NCBI GenBank assembly: GCA_049512075.1
Contig: JBEKXL010000001.1
Coordinates: 1-64,000, forward strand
DNA from: Candidatus Bathyarchaeia archaeon
GTDB lineage: Archaea > Thermoproteota > Bathyarchaeia > Bathyarchaeales > Bathycorpusculaceae
Reading direction: 5' to 3'
Length of the DNA stretch: 64,000 nt
Shown: positions 9,025 through 18,463 of the stretch, piece after piece
Layout of the letters: every line of letters begins with the position of its first letter
Numbering within the stretch: the stretch's first letter is position 1
Notes under the pieces: generated by a model
The model's input: the letters and a program-made list of their open reading frames with translations, nothing else
Told to the model about the DNA's origin: nothing
Databases searched by the model: none
Made by a program: the position numbers and the translations under genes

Positions 9025-9930
9025 TCATATTGAAAAAGTGTGCCTTCGATATTTCCAAGCGTCTGGATATGAATAAGGAATTATCCACATGAAGGCGTAA
9101 AGGAAGGATTTCAGCAAATCAAACCCGGGACTAACCCTGTTAACAGTCCTCGTAAACACGCCTGCACGTTTTTCATAGGAAACCCTTCCATACTCGCCCA
9201 AAATCCTTGAAAACTTGTGGTCTTCTGCCACGGCCAATTCTGGATCGTACAGATATCCCTCATCTGCACGAATTCTAAGAGCTACTTCACGCAGAACGGC
9301 AATACTGAATCCTGGCACACTTGGGCCCGAGATAGGAGTGCCCCGAATTCTTATGGTTGGGATTTTTGTCGAAAACCAAACGGTGTAGTTCTCCCCCATG
9401 GTTCCAAATCTGCGACTGACTTTCCGTGTGTCACTTGCCCTGGCAGAAGGAGCTGCTCCTACAATGTTCTTGCTTCTTAGCGCTTTATACATCACCTCAA
9501 AGTAGTTTTCATACTTGTCAAGTTTCGAGTTTACATACTTGAGATCCAACTCGGTGCCGCTGGAAAATTGGGTATCTATATCCTGAAAAACTACGATGGT
9601 TCCTCTTGCGTAAGAAAAACCGAGGTTCCTACCTATTGTAGGAGAGTCCCATGACTTGTACTTGATCTTTCCAGACTCGCAAAGTCCCCGTCTATATTTC
9701 TCATAGGTTTCGTAATCTATTAAATTGGAATCACTCAATTCTGGAAAAACTGCGTTTTCTCCTGCATCAACGATAACGAATTCTATTTTCTTGCCTGTTT
9801 TCTTCTCGAAAAGCTGCTTGACGGTTTCCCAGTTTTCAAAAGTCTCCTCAAAGAGCCCCTTGTTCTTCTCGTTTTTTGCAGTAGTTATGACCGAGAAAGT
9901 TGGTTGTACCATGGTAGGATGAGAATACAT
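9025..9930 (-). CDS. Glycosyltransferase family 2 (GT-A fold)
   Basis: FSVITTAKNE, FVIVDAG, GRNLG, FQDIDT (DxD) and AEDH motifs. Confidence 0.8.
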   Translation of the reverse strand: MYSHPTMVQPTFSVITTAKNEKNKGLFEETFENWETVKQLFEKKTGKKIEFVIVDAGENAVFPELSDSNLIDYETYEKYRRGLCESGKIKYKSWDSPTIGRNLGFSYARGTIVVFQDIDTQFSSGTELDLKYVNSKLDKYENYFEVMYKALRSKNIVGAAPSARASDTRKVSRRFGTMGENYTVWFSTKIPTIRIRGTPISGPSVPGFSIAVLREVALRIRADEGYLYDPELAVAEDHKFSRILGEYGRVSYEKRAGVFTRTVNRVSPGFDLLKSFLYAFMWIIPYSYPDAWKYRRHTFSI

Positions 9931-10094
9931 TAGATTCTTAAACTTTTTCCAAAGCCCGCCCGAACAGTTTGCTTAGCACCCACGTTTCAGACCCATCACA
10001 TCAATAAGTGTTCCTCTTCCTCCTCAAGTCCTGTAACTCGTGCGAAAACACCTTATTCACTCGTTAACAGCGTACTCGCTCGGCCTAATTGGAG

Positions 10095-10676
10095 TTACTT
10101 ATACCATTCGGCGAATTGCAGAAAAGCAGCCGCGCGGTGAGAAACCTTGCACTTCTCCGCGACACTCATTTGTGCAAACGTTCTGTCACTGTTGTCCGGC
10201 TTGAAGATGGGATCAAAGCCGAAACCCATCTTGCTGTGCGTTTTTCTTTCTTTGCGGATTATTTCTCCTTTGGCTATGCCTTCAAAGCACATCGGTGATC
10301 TCAGCTGCGCAGATAGGTATGCAACTACGGATTTGAACGTCGCTCTTCTGTTATTGGCCCTTTGCATGAGTCTGAGCAAGCCCTTGTTGCCTATCGTCTT
10401 GTAAACGTAAGCAGCATAAGGACCTGGGAAACCGTTCAAGGCGTCTACGAACAGCCCGGCATCCTCAACCACAATTGGTAATCTGTATTTTTCAAAAGCT
10501 TCCATGACGCTTGCATCAGCGATTTCCTCGAGGCTTTCGCTCTGGATTTCCAAGGACTTGATTCTGAGCATTCCGACTGCTATCTTGTTTTCGGCCAAGA
10601 CCTCTCGGGCTTCATTGAACTTGTTGACATTGTTTGTAGCGAAAAAAACGAAGTTGCCTTTCAACTGTCTCTCCAT
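10095..10676 (-). CDS. rdgB: Non-canonical purine NTP pyrophosphatase (RdgB/HAM1)
   Basis: FATNNVNK, EDAGLF..GFPGPY, GFGFDPIF and SHR motifs. Confidence 0.95.
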   Translation of the reverse strand: MERQLKGNFVFFATNNVNKFNEAREVLAENKIAVGMLRIKSLEIQSESLEEIADASVMEAFEKYRLPIVVEDAGLFVDALNGFPGPYAAYVYKTIGNKGLLRLMQRANNRRATFKSVVAYLSAQLRSPMCFEGIAKGEIIRKERKTHSKMGFGFDPIFKPDNSDRTFAQMSVAEKCKVSHRAAAFLQFAEWYK

Positions 10677-10735
10677 GGAATTTCACGGCTCTCTCTTATC
10701 TGAAACGTGAAGAGTCATACTCCAAACGGTCTTGC

Positions 10736-11401
10736 TCAGTCTCTTTCTTTCCTTTCGGCAACGTAGCGCCCTCTTCTTTCTATTTCCCTGATCTTGTCTA
10801 AGACGTTTTCTGATGTTTCAGACTTCAAAACCGAAGAATATCCCTCCATCGCAGAGTTAAAACACTCCTCGGCAAACTTGTAATGGGTGCTTTGAAGCGC
10901 TCTCTTCATCAGATGAAGGTCAACTCCTCTGGCTTCAAGCTCTTTGGTTTTGTCGCCAAGCCCGAAATCCAAGAAAAAAATCTTGCCCTCCGAGCGTTGA
11001 ATAAGGTTTGAGGTTGTCAGGTCACCGTGAACTATCCCGTATTCATGAAGCTTGCCTATCAGTTCGCCAATTCTAAAGCATAGACTTTGTCTCTCACTCT
11101 TGGAAACTCCGTTGAGCAGTTGCTTCACTTGCTTTCCTTCTATGTACTCCATTATTATGGTGGTGTTCTTGTGATCAACCAAGAAGATTATTGGCGTAGG
11201 CACTCCAGCTTTTTTGGCTTCGTGCATCAGTTGGGGTTCATGAATCGTTCGGTAAGCGCGGATTTGCTCATCCAACATTCTGGGGCGATATTCTTTTGGG
11301 AGACGCTTCTTCAGCACCACTTTTCTTCCATGCCAATCCGCGAGGTAAAGATTAGCTTCGGCTCCCTTTTTCATCAGCACTGGCTGTTTCATTGCATCCA
11401 A
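10736..11401 (-). CDS. bud32: KEOPS kinase/ATPase Bud32
   Basis: KGAEA, HGDLTTSN, DFGL and RGRY motifs. Confidence 0.95.
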   Translation of the reverse strand: MDAMKQPVLMKKGAEANLYLADWHGRKVVLKKRLPKEYRPRMLDEQIRAYRTIHEPQLMHEAKKAGVPTPIIFLVDHKNTTIIMEYIEGKQVKQLLNGVSKSERQSLCFRIGELIGKLHEYGIVHGDLTTSNLIQRSEGKIFFLDFGLGDKTKELEARGVDLHLMKRALQSTHYKFAEECFNSAMEGYSSVLKSETSENVLDKIREIERRGRYVAERKERD

Positions 11402-12411
11402 GGAATTTCAACCTCTTCAAGCCGCCACCTCAACCGCACTTGACTTTCTTCAATCGCAGTCACCGTGCCGTGTGTGTAGGCCAGAACGCCTGTCCATGCG
11501 ATCATGGCTCCGTTGTCAATCGCAAACCTGGTCGGCACAACGTCGAATCGAGCGTTATGCTCCCTTGCCACAGATTTGATCATGCTTTGCAGCCTTTTGT
11601 TAGCGGCAACTCCACCCGTCAGCAGAACCTCCTCTCTTCCCGTGTGTGCCAGAGCCCTCTCTGTCACCTCTGTGACCATTGAAAACGCTGTCTCCTGAAG
11701 ACTGTAACACAGATCTTCAAGCCTGTACTCTCCTTTCATAAATAGAGCAACCGCGGCAGTTAGTAAGCCGCTAAGGGACACATCCATGCCCTTAACAGTG
11801 TAGGGCAGCTTGATCAACTGTTTCCCAGTTTGCGCAAACTTTTCAACGACAGCCCCGAACGGCAGACCTGGCTTCTGATGCAGTCCGGCCTCCCTTGCAA
11901 AAACGTCTAAACAGTTACCCAACGCAATGTCCAGCGTCTCGCCGAAGATTCTATACCGTCCAGCATCGAAAGCCGCAACGATGGTGTTACCTCCTGAGAC
12001 GTAGAGCGTCAGCGGATTCTTGGTTCCAGTTTCCAGTTTTCCTATCTCGATGTGTGCCACGCAATGATTGATTCCCACGAGAGGAATCTTGAGGTAAGAA
12101 GCCAACGCGCGAGCCACGGTTGCTCCAGTGCGAAGGCATGGACCCAAACCCGGGCCTTGAGAAAACGCGATTACAGACAGATTCTGTGGTTCTACTCCCG
12201 ATTCTTCAACAGCAGCGTCTAAAACCTTGCTTGCCACTTCAGCATGGTGTCTCGCAGCCTCCCGCGGATGTATGCCGCCCTCCAGTGGAACATACGCGTC
12301 TATCGTGTTCGCCAATATCTTGCCATTAAATGTTGATATTCCAACGCTGAAATCATCAGCTGACGATTCTATTCCCAAACAGTAACGCTCTTTTGCCTTC
12401 TTATTCGTCAT
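11389..12411 (-). CDS. kae1: tRNA t6A synthesis protein Kae1/TsaD
   Basis: GGIHPREAARHH, HCVAHIE, GETLDIALGN and DNGAMIAW motifs. Confidence 0.95.
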   Translation of the reverse strand: MTNKKAKERYCLGIESSADDFSVGISTFNGKILANTIDAYVPLEGGIHPREAARHHAEVASKVLDAAVEESGVEPQNLSVIAFSQGPGLGPCLRTGATVARALASYLKIPLVGINHCVAHIEIGKLETGTKNPLTLYVSGGNTIVAAFDAGRYRIFGETLDIALGNCLDVFAREAGLHQKPGLPFGAVVEKFAQTGKQLIKLPYTVKGMDVSLSGLLTAAVALFMKGEYRLEDLCYSLQETAFSMVTEVTERALAHTGREEVLLTGGVAANKRLQSMIKSVAREHNARFDVVPTRFAIDNGAMIAWTGVLAYTHGTVTAIEESQVRLRWRLEEVEIPWMQ

Positions 12412-12443
12412 TTTTCTCGTCCTTGAACACGATTCTTTGGGTC

Positions 12444-12620
12444 TTAAACATACACCTTTTTATGTGGACTACCCTAACCCTAAAGGATAGGGCTTCCTGC
12501 TTGAACGACAATGCTTGCTGGCACTTCCAGCAGAGGCTTCGTCTCCACAGGCTCCAAGGGTCGTCCCAACCCCGCTAAACCCCTCTCCAAAATATTTAGA
12601 GAGGCATTGTAGTCTCTGTC
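12444..12620 (-). ncRNA. Putative omegaRNA/reRNA overlapping the tnpB 3' end, guide from the right flank
   Basis: Inferred from established TnpB architecture plus the right-end hairpin; boundaries are estimates. Confidence 0.5.
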
Positions 12621-13667
12621 CAAATCTCCGTGTTTGTACTCTTGTGATGTTCCTCTGGGATTTACCCTCACAAACTGCCTGCCAGCGTTTTCAGCTTTGT
12701 AGGCTAACATGTGAAGGAACCTGCCCCAAGAGGCGTCCAGAATTTTTCCAGCAAGGTTACAGTTTCTAACCATGTTTGTTATGTTCAAATCTTCAACCGC
12801 AATGATATCATAGTTGTTGACGTAGAACCTTGAAAGCTTGTGGAGAAATCCGTTCCTCTGATTCACGAGTTTCTCATGGAGACGTGCCAGTCTCACTCTC
12901 TGTTTGCCTCTGTTTTTTGAACCTTTCTTCTTCATCGAAAGTTCCCGCTGAGCTACTTGGATTCTGGATAATGTTTTCTCGTAGAACGCCGGGTTCTCAA
13001 CCTGACGTCCATCACTATCGGACAAAAAATGTTTCAATCCGACGTCTATACCTACGCTTTTGTTCGTTTTAAGCAACGGTTTTGCTTTACTTTCAAACTG
13101 GAATATAGCATGCCATTTTCCAGAAAGCTCACGCTTAATGATAACGCCTTTGATTTTTCCCTCGATTGAGCGGTGCAATTTGATGTTGATTGCTCCAACC
13201 TTCGAGAGACACAGTTTCTTTCCATTAAGTCTGAAGCCCGACTGGTTGAAATTTAATGTTTTGAACCATTTCCCCTTGAACCTGAGCTTTCCTGTCTTCC
13301 GCCCTTTCCCTTTCATCTTTGATAGCGCTCGAATGTTGCTCCATAGTTGATAGTTGACCATCTGCAAAACTTTAGAATACACTCGATCAAGTTCTGGTTT
13401 CCGTTTTTTCAACTCTACAATGAAGTGCTGCATTTTTTTCTGACTGAGCTTTAGCTCTTGACTCTTCGCTGTATTCAGTTCTTCAAGCAGCCTATTATAC
13501 AGCCACCTGCACAATTCAAGGTGTTCACATAATTTCTGTTCAGTTAATCTCGAAGGGTACAGCCTAAACTTTTGGCTCAGCGCCGGATGCACAGAAACAA
13601 CTATTATCCAATGGCTTATAACGTTTCGGCTTTCATCCCCACCCTGAATGATAGGGACTCCCTGCCC
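12464..13667 (-). mobile_element. IS200/IS605-family (IS1341-type) element carrying tnpB only
   Basis: Homologous subterminal hairpins on minus strand: left GGCAGGGAGTCCCTATCATTCAGGGTGGGGATG, right GCAGGAAGCCCTATCCTTTAGGGTTAGGGTAGTCCAC; no tnpA; left boundary approximate. Confidence 0.85.
12480..13592 (-). CDS. tnpB: RNA-guided endonuclease TnpB, zinc finger absent
   Basis: KFRLYP..RWLYN, GIDVG (RuvC I), IAVEDL (RuvC II), DRDYNASLNI (RuvC III). Confidence 0.95.
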   Translation of the reverse strand: MHPALSQKFRLYPSRLTEQKLCEHLELCRWLYNRLLEELNTAKSQELKLSQKKMQHFIVELKKRKPELDRVYSKVLQMVNYQLWSNIRALSKMKGKGRKTGKLRFKGKWFKTLNFNQSGFRLNGKKLCLSKVGAINIKLHRSIEGKIKGVIIKRELSGKWHAIFQFESKAKPLLKTNKSVGIDVGLKHFLSDSDGRQVENPAFYEKTLSRIQVAQRELSMKKKGSKNRGKQRVRLARLHEKLVNQRNGFLHKLSRFYVNNYDIIAVEDLNITNMVRNCNLAGKILDASWGRFLHMLAYKAENAGRQFVRVNPRGTSQEYKHGDLDRDYNASLNILERGLAGLGRPLEPVETKPLLEVPASIVVQAGSPIL

Positions 13668-13812
13668 ATGAAGTTAAGAACGTTCGAATCTCCTAGTCAT
13701 GCTGAGCAGCAACTATGGCACAGCTTGATTTGCATGTTAGGAATCGTGTAGATTTAGAGTGAGGTTTTTATTTGAAAACTGCGTATATTAAAGGGGATTG
13801 GAATTGATCGCG

Positions 13813-14193
13813 ATGCCGAAACGCAATGACATGGAACAGAAGGCTCTTCAATTCATCATGAACACCGGTTTCAACGGCGTTCTTCAATCTGACCTGTGGC
13901 ATGAACTCGGAGCAACTAGCCGAGAAGGCTCTAGGATATCGTTGAAGCTGGAGACTAAGGGGCTCATCCGTCGAGAGAAAGAGCTTCAAGAAGGAAGATG
14001 GACCTTCAGACTTTTCCCGAAGAGGTTGCCCGCCTCAATCGATTCGATAGCGGACTGTCCGTGCCTAATGTGTGCAGACAATCCTAGGTGCGACCCATCA
14101 AGCGTAACTTCCCCCCAAACCTGTGACCGCCTTACAGACTGGCTCCTTTGCATATCCGGAAGTGCTCAACAAGGCGCCATGGGTGACAGTTAA
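13813..14193 (+). CDS. TFE beta / Rpc34-like protein (winged helix plus 4Fe-4S cysteine cluster)
   Basis: GVLQSDLWHELGATSREGSR..LETKGLIRREK followed by PCLMC-x5-C-x8-QTC-type cysteine cluster. Confidence 0.8.
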   Translation: MPKRNDMEQKALQFIMNTGFNGVLQSDLWHELGATSREGSRISLKLETKGLIRREKELQEGRWTFRLFPKRLPASIDSIADCPCLMCADNPRCDPSSVTSPQTCDRLTDWLLCISGSAQQGAMGDS

Positions 14194-14195
14194 TC

Positions 14196-14810
14196 TTGCC
14201 CAAAGCGTGGATCCAGGACAGGAAAAGAGACTATTACTACCAGAAGGCAAAAAAAGAGAAGTACCGTTCAAGAGCCTCGTACAAGCTGTTTCAAGCAATC
14301 CAGAAATATCATTTTATAGAATTCGGCGATGTGGTCGTTGACTTAGGGGCGGCGCCTGGGGGATGGATTCAGGCGGCGAGAAAAACGGCCGGAAAAGGAG
14401 GCTTCGTCTTAGGCGTTGATTTGAAGCACATCGAACCGTTTCCCCAGGATTATGTTAGGACAATAATCTGTGACATTATGGAACAGGACGCTGTGCAGCA
14501 GATTTCGGAGATGCTTCCAAGAAAAGCTGACGCGGTGATTTCAGACGCTTCTCCCAACATCTCAGGAATATGGGAAGTTGACCATGCCCGCCAAATAGAC
14601 CTAGCCCAGCAAGCTTTGCAAATAGCCTTAGAGACGCTTAGACCCGGAGGCAACTTCTTCGTGAAGGTCTTCCAAGGAGACATGCTTGACGAGTATACGC
14701 ACAAGGTGAAGCAGCACTTTGAAACCGTCCTGGTGATAAAGCCCAAGGCAAGCAGGGCTAAGAGTTCGGAGATGTTCATTCTAGGACGGTGCTTTAAAAA
14801 GGCCGTTTGA
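14196..14810 (+). CDS. rlmE: 23S rRNA 2'-O-methyltransferase RlmE/FtsJ
   Basis: YRSRASYKL, DLGAAPGGW and KPKASRAKSSE motifs. Confidence 0.95.
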   Translation: MPKAWIQDRKRDYYYQKAKKEKYRSRASYKLFQAIQKYHFIEFGDVVVDLGAAPGGWIQAARKTAGKGGFVLGVDLKHIEPFPQDYVRTIICDIMEQDAVQQISEMLPRKADAVISDASPNISGIWEVDHARQIDLAQQALQIALETLRPGGNFFVKVFQGDMLDEYTHKVKQHFETVLVIKPKASRAKSSEMFILGRCFKKAV

Positions 14811-15553
14811 ACAGCAAACATAAATTCTATCAACTAATCTATAGTAAACTCGGTGAAAACCTGAGAATCATCGCCGCAGACTCGTCTGCAGCCGTGTTGA
14901 ACGAGAAGTTCGAGCCCTTATCGATTGTCGCGGCAGCATCAGTCCTGGTGATCCCGCCCTACAGAGAGGCAAGCACGTTCTTGGCAGAGCCGATTTTTGT
15001 GAATGCAACCGACGGATCCGAAGTCGTGGTACACGAGGCAGAACTCTGCAGGGAACTCATTGGAAAGGTGAAGGCGGACGTGGTGCATCTGGACATGTCT
15101 CTGGGATCTACCCCGCTCGAACAGCTTTCGCCGATTCAATTCACTAACATGAGGATTTCCTCCAGAGCAAGACAACACCTTCTGAAAATCCTGCCACGAA
15201 CAAGGAAGATTGCAAATGAGATAACGCTGAAGTATGGGGCGGACGTGTTGGCCATAGGCAAGGAAAGCATCCCGGTGAGGGTTGCGGAGTTGACAGCAGG
15301 CGCGCACGCAATACTGTACGCGTCTGAAAAGGCCGTCGCCGAAAAGAAGCCCGTCCTACTGGGTTTGCCCTCAAGATGCCAACCCCGTCTCACTGAAGGC
15401 GCAGTATACCTCTACTCGCTCATGGCTGCAGAACACGATGTGAGAGGTTTCGCAGAAGATTCAACAGAAGTCCTAGGCAAGATTAATATCGTGGAAATGT
15501 TAAACCCAGTTGCAAGAGGCTTCCGAACCTTAAGAATAACACTTAAACACTGA
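14807..15553 (+). CDS. Conserved archaeal protein (DUF4152-like)
   Basis: RIIAADS..DVVHLD..GKESIPVRVAE..LGLP. Confidence 0.7.
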   Translation: MNSKHKFYQLIYSKLGENLRIIAADSSAAVLNEKFEPLSIVAAASVLVIPPYREASTFLAEPIFVNATDGSEVVVHEAELCRELIGKVKADVVHLDMSLGSTPLEQLSPIQFTNMRISSRARQHLLKILPRTRKIANEITLKYGADVLAIGKESIPVRVAELTAGAHAILYASEKAVAEKKPVLLGLPSRCQPRLTEGAVYLYSLMAAEHDVRGFAEDSTEVLGKINIVEMLNPVARGFRTLRITLKH

Positions 15554-15570
15554 AAGAGGATGCTGAGCAC

Positions 15571-16131
15571 GTGAGCTTAGAATTTTGGAAAAACGCCTCT
15601 CCCAGAGGCAGAAGGATCATAATAATCGGGATATTCTTCCTGTTTGCAATATTGGTGAGGGTAGTAGGTGTTCTGGCCCCGCTCAGCTCTCAACAAATTG
15701 CAGATGAGAATAGCGAGCTCAACAAGACACAACAGGAAATTCTGAGTATGGATTTTGCACATCGAACTGCCGCAATCTTCCTAAACAACTTCGAGATATG
15801 CCTACTAATGTTTGTTCCCATCGTCGGAATCGTGATCGGTTCCATCGTGCTATTCAATACCGGCAGTGTTCTTGCGGCCCAGACAATAACCAATAACGCA
15901 AGCCAAGGTCTCAACTTTCCTCCGATTCTAGTCTTGGCGTTGCTGTTCGTTTTTCCCTTCACATGGCTTGAATTCATATCTTACTCCACAGCTCTTTCAG
16001 AAAGCTTTTGGCTCATTAGGCGCGGGTTACAGGGCGAATGGAGACGGGAAATCAAGAATCTTGGCAAACTCGTCCTGATCACCGCAGTTTTACTTGTTGC
16101 AGGAGCATTAGTAGAAGCATTGCTGGTCTGA
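15571..16131 (+). CDS. SpoIIM/DUF95-family membrane protein
   Basis: IFLNN..NTG..PFTWLEF..ALVE with several TM helices. Confidence 0.8.
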   Translation: MSLEFWKNASPRGRRIIIIGIFFLFAILVRVVGVLAPLSSQQIADENSELNKTQQEILSMDFAHRTAAIFLNNFEICLLMFVPIVGIVIGSIVLFNTGSVLAAQTITNNASQGLNFPPILVLALLFVFPFTWLEFISYSTALSESFWLIRRGLQGEWRREIKNLGKLVLITAVLLVAGALVEALLV

Positions 16132-16185
16132 ACCCTCAGCTTGGCACTCCATGGGCCTGCGGCCGGAAGGTTCAAGGCTCTTCCA

Positions 16186-17061
16186 TCATATTCCGCGGCT
16201 TGGCTTTTGTCTTGCCACTTTTAGATTTATGTCTAGGGCCCTTGGACTCTCTGTTATTTCTCCCAAGCTTACAATGTCGACTTTTTTTGAGGCATAGGAA
16301 AGAACGTTTTCAGCAGTGATTCCACCGCTGGCTTCGACCAACACTCTTCCGAGAAAACCGGCTTTCTCCAGAACTCCGATTGCCTCTTCGACTTGTTGCG
16401 GAGAAAAATTGTCCAACATGATTATGTCCGCTCCTGCCTCTGCAGCTTTGACAGCGGCAGCGGCGCTGGTCACCTCAACCTCAATTTTCTTGCTGAATGA
16501 AGCCCTCTCCTTAGCGCTTCTGACAGCATCTTGCAAGCTTCCGACCATCGCGATGTGATTGTCTTTTATCAATATCATGTCGTCGAGATGCAGCCTGTGC
16601 GTGTCACCGCCACCCAAAAGAACCGCTTTCTTATCAAAATACAGAAGCCCCGGCGCTGTCTTCCGTGTACACGCAATTCTCGTTTTGAGCTTGGCATTCA
16701 GGATTTTTTTCACTAGCTGTCTCGTAGCGGTTGCTATGCCGCTCATACGCGAAAGAAGGTTGAGTAGAGTTCGCTCCACCGAAAGGATTGTCCTTGCGTC
16801 GCCAGATATCTTCATTATGACCTCATCAGCCTCTATTTCCTCTCCGTCCCTGAATGACGCTTGAATCTTGAGTCCTAGGCTCTCGAGAAGAACTGTGGAT
16901 TCTTCGATTCCGGCGGCGATTCCCGGCTCTTTGAATCTCACCTCGGCCTCTCCGGTTGCTCCGGCCGGAACGATCAGCGCGGTGGTTATGTCTCCTTCGC
17001 CTATGTCTTCGGCCAACATGTTCCGAAGCTTCTCTTCCAAGATTTTGCGGGGCAAGAACAT
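16186..17061 (-). CDS. nadC: Nicotinate-nucleotide diphosphorylase (quinolinate phosphoribosyltransferase)
   Basis: EDIGEGDITT, TRKTAPG, LIKDNH, IEVEV, MLDN and EASGGI motifs. Confidence 0.95.
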   Translation of the reverse strand: MFLPRKILEEKLRNMLAEDIGEGDITTALIVPAGATGEAEVRFKEPGIAAGIEESTVLLESLGLKIQASFRDGEEIEADEVIMKISGDARTILSVERTLLNLLSRMSGIATATRQLVKKILNAKLKTRIACTRKTAPGLLYFDKKAVLLGGGDTHRLHLDDMILIKDNHIAMVGSLQDAVRSAKERASFSKKIEVEVTSAAAAVKAAEAGADIIMLDNFSPQQVEEAIGVLEKAGFLGRVLVEASGGITAENVLSYASKKVDIVSLGEITESPRALDINLKVARQKPSRGI

Positions 17062-17098
17062 GTTCGTACTTCTTAGTCTCCTAGCCTAAAACACTTGC

Positions 17099-17916
17099 CT
17101 ATTTTTGGGCCATTTCGATTACTGTTCTGACAGCGTTTTCCAGGCCGTTGTACTTCAGCGCTTCTTCTTGGATCTGAGCCAGTCTTCTGCCAGTTTCCTT
17201 TTGCAAGCATTGTCGAACTTTTTCCTGCAGTCTCTCTTTGGTCAGCCATTTTTGCAGGATAACCTGCGCAGCGCCGAGTTTCTGTGCTTGTCTTGCGTTC
17301 GTAAGTTGTTCGGTGTGGTTTGGTGTGGGCACGAGTATCACGGGTTTGCCGTAGCACATACACTGCGTTATTGTTCCATGACCTGCACGCCCAATAACCA
17401 CGTCGCAGGCTTTCAGGTACTCGAAGCGATTGGGAACCCACGTGTAGATTGTGACGTTGCCATGCCGGGCAGGTTTGCTGTCAGCGCCTGGGTAGCCATA
17501 CGACACTACGATTTCATACTCTTCTGGAAACTCAAGCAGAATCTTCCTCAGAACACCGGTTACGAAGGCTTTCTCCAATGTTGGACCGCTTATGGGCACA
17601 AAGATAACCGGCCTATCCAAGGGCAGCCTCAGTTTTCTGCGCAGTTCTTCTTTAGTCGACAGTTCATCCGGATGCTTGGGCAATATTGGGCCTATCAATC
17701 TCACATTCTTTCTGAAGGATTTGGGGATGTTTAGGTTGCCTTCGCATATCGTGTATGGTTCGGGGAAATCCGGGATTAGAACTGTGTTTCCGCTCGTCCA
17801 CATTTTGCCAAGGATTGCGAGGCCGATGGAGTCAGCCAGTCTTGCCAAGCGCAGATAGTGTGTTCTTCGCGGGATTATGGGTTGAAACTCATTAAGTATA
17901 CAGATTCTAGGGATTA
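17099..17916 (-). pseudogene. GT-B (family 28/MurG-like) glycosyltransferase, N-terminal part lost
   Basis: GRAGHGTI..PVILVPTPNHTEQLTNA motif; family-like sequence appears to begin only at IPRICILN, just after GCGCGCG at 17917-17923. Confidence 0.75.
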
Positions 17917-18128
17917 GCGCGCGTATTTGTTTGTTTGTTAGTAGGGTCTTCGGAAACGACGATGTACCCTGAAGCAATACTAAGCAAATTGATAACAACA
18001 TTATTTACACGTTAAAATGATAAGGTGTAAAAAACTTAGGTGCTAACGATTCTTTCCATGAACTTCACGGTACTATGAGAGCTATTATCTATTGATCTTT
18101 AGGCGTGTATGTGTGGAAAAAAAAGAGG

Positions 18129-18148
18129 AAGTGACACGCGTGTCACTT
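18129..18148. repeat. Perfect 20 bp palindrome AAGTGACACGCGTGTCACTT
   Basis: Self-complementary by inspection; followed on the minus strand by a T-run after the 18163 stop. Confidence 0.9.
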
Positions 18149-18162
18149 GCGAGAAGATAGGC

Positions 18163-18435
18163 TTAGGCTTGTTTTTGGAGTTCCTCAAGTTTCTCTACGA
18201 CTAGGATGTTTGCGTAGTCGTCAACGGTTATGCCCATGCTTTCAGCTTGTGTTTTCAATTTCTGATGAAGGTTCCCTGAAAAGAATAATCGCTTCACACA
18301 ACCTTCTCGGATACTGTCACATTTATCATGCATCAAGAGGGCGATTACAGAATTGTCCTCATTGACACCGTAGAAAGCTTTGAGTTTCTGAAAGAGTCTT
18401 GAGTTTCTTTCGTCTAAACTTACGTTCAGTTTCAT
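18163..18435 (-). CDS. Small putative ribbon-helix-helix DNA-binding protein
   Basis: MKLNVSLDE beta-helix-helix pattern and a second LHQKLKTQAESMGITVDDY unit. Confidence 0.55.
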   Translation of the reverse strand: MKLNVSLDERNSRLFQKLKAFYGVNEDNSVIALLMHDKCDSIREGCVKRLFFSGNLHQKLKTQAESMGITVDDYANILVVEKLEELQKQA

Positions 18436-18463
18436 GTTCTCTTTTCTCCTTTAGGCGAGCTGT

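Noticed and set aside
13680-13700. GTTCGAATC resembling a tRNA T-loop
   Set aside because: No acceptor, D or anticodon stems could be paired around it.
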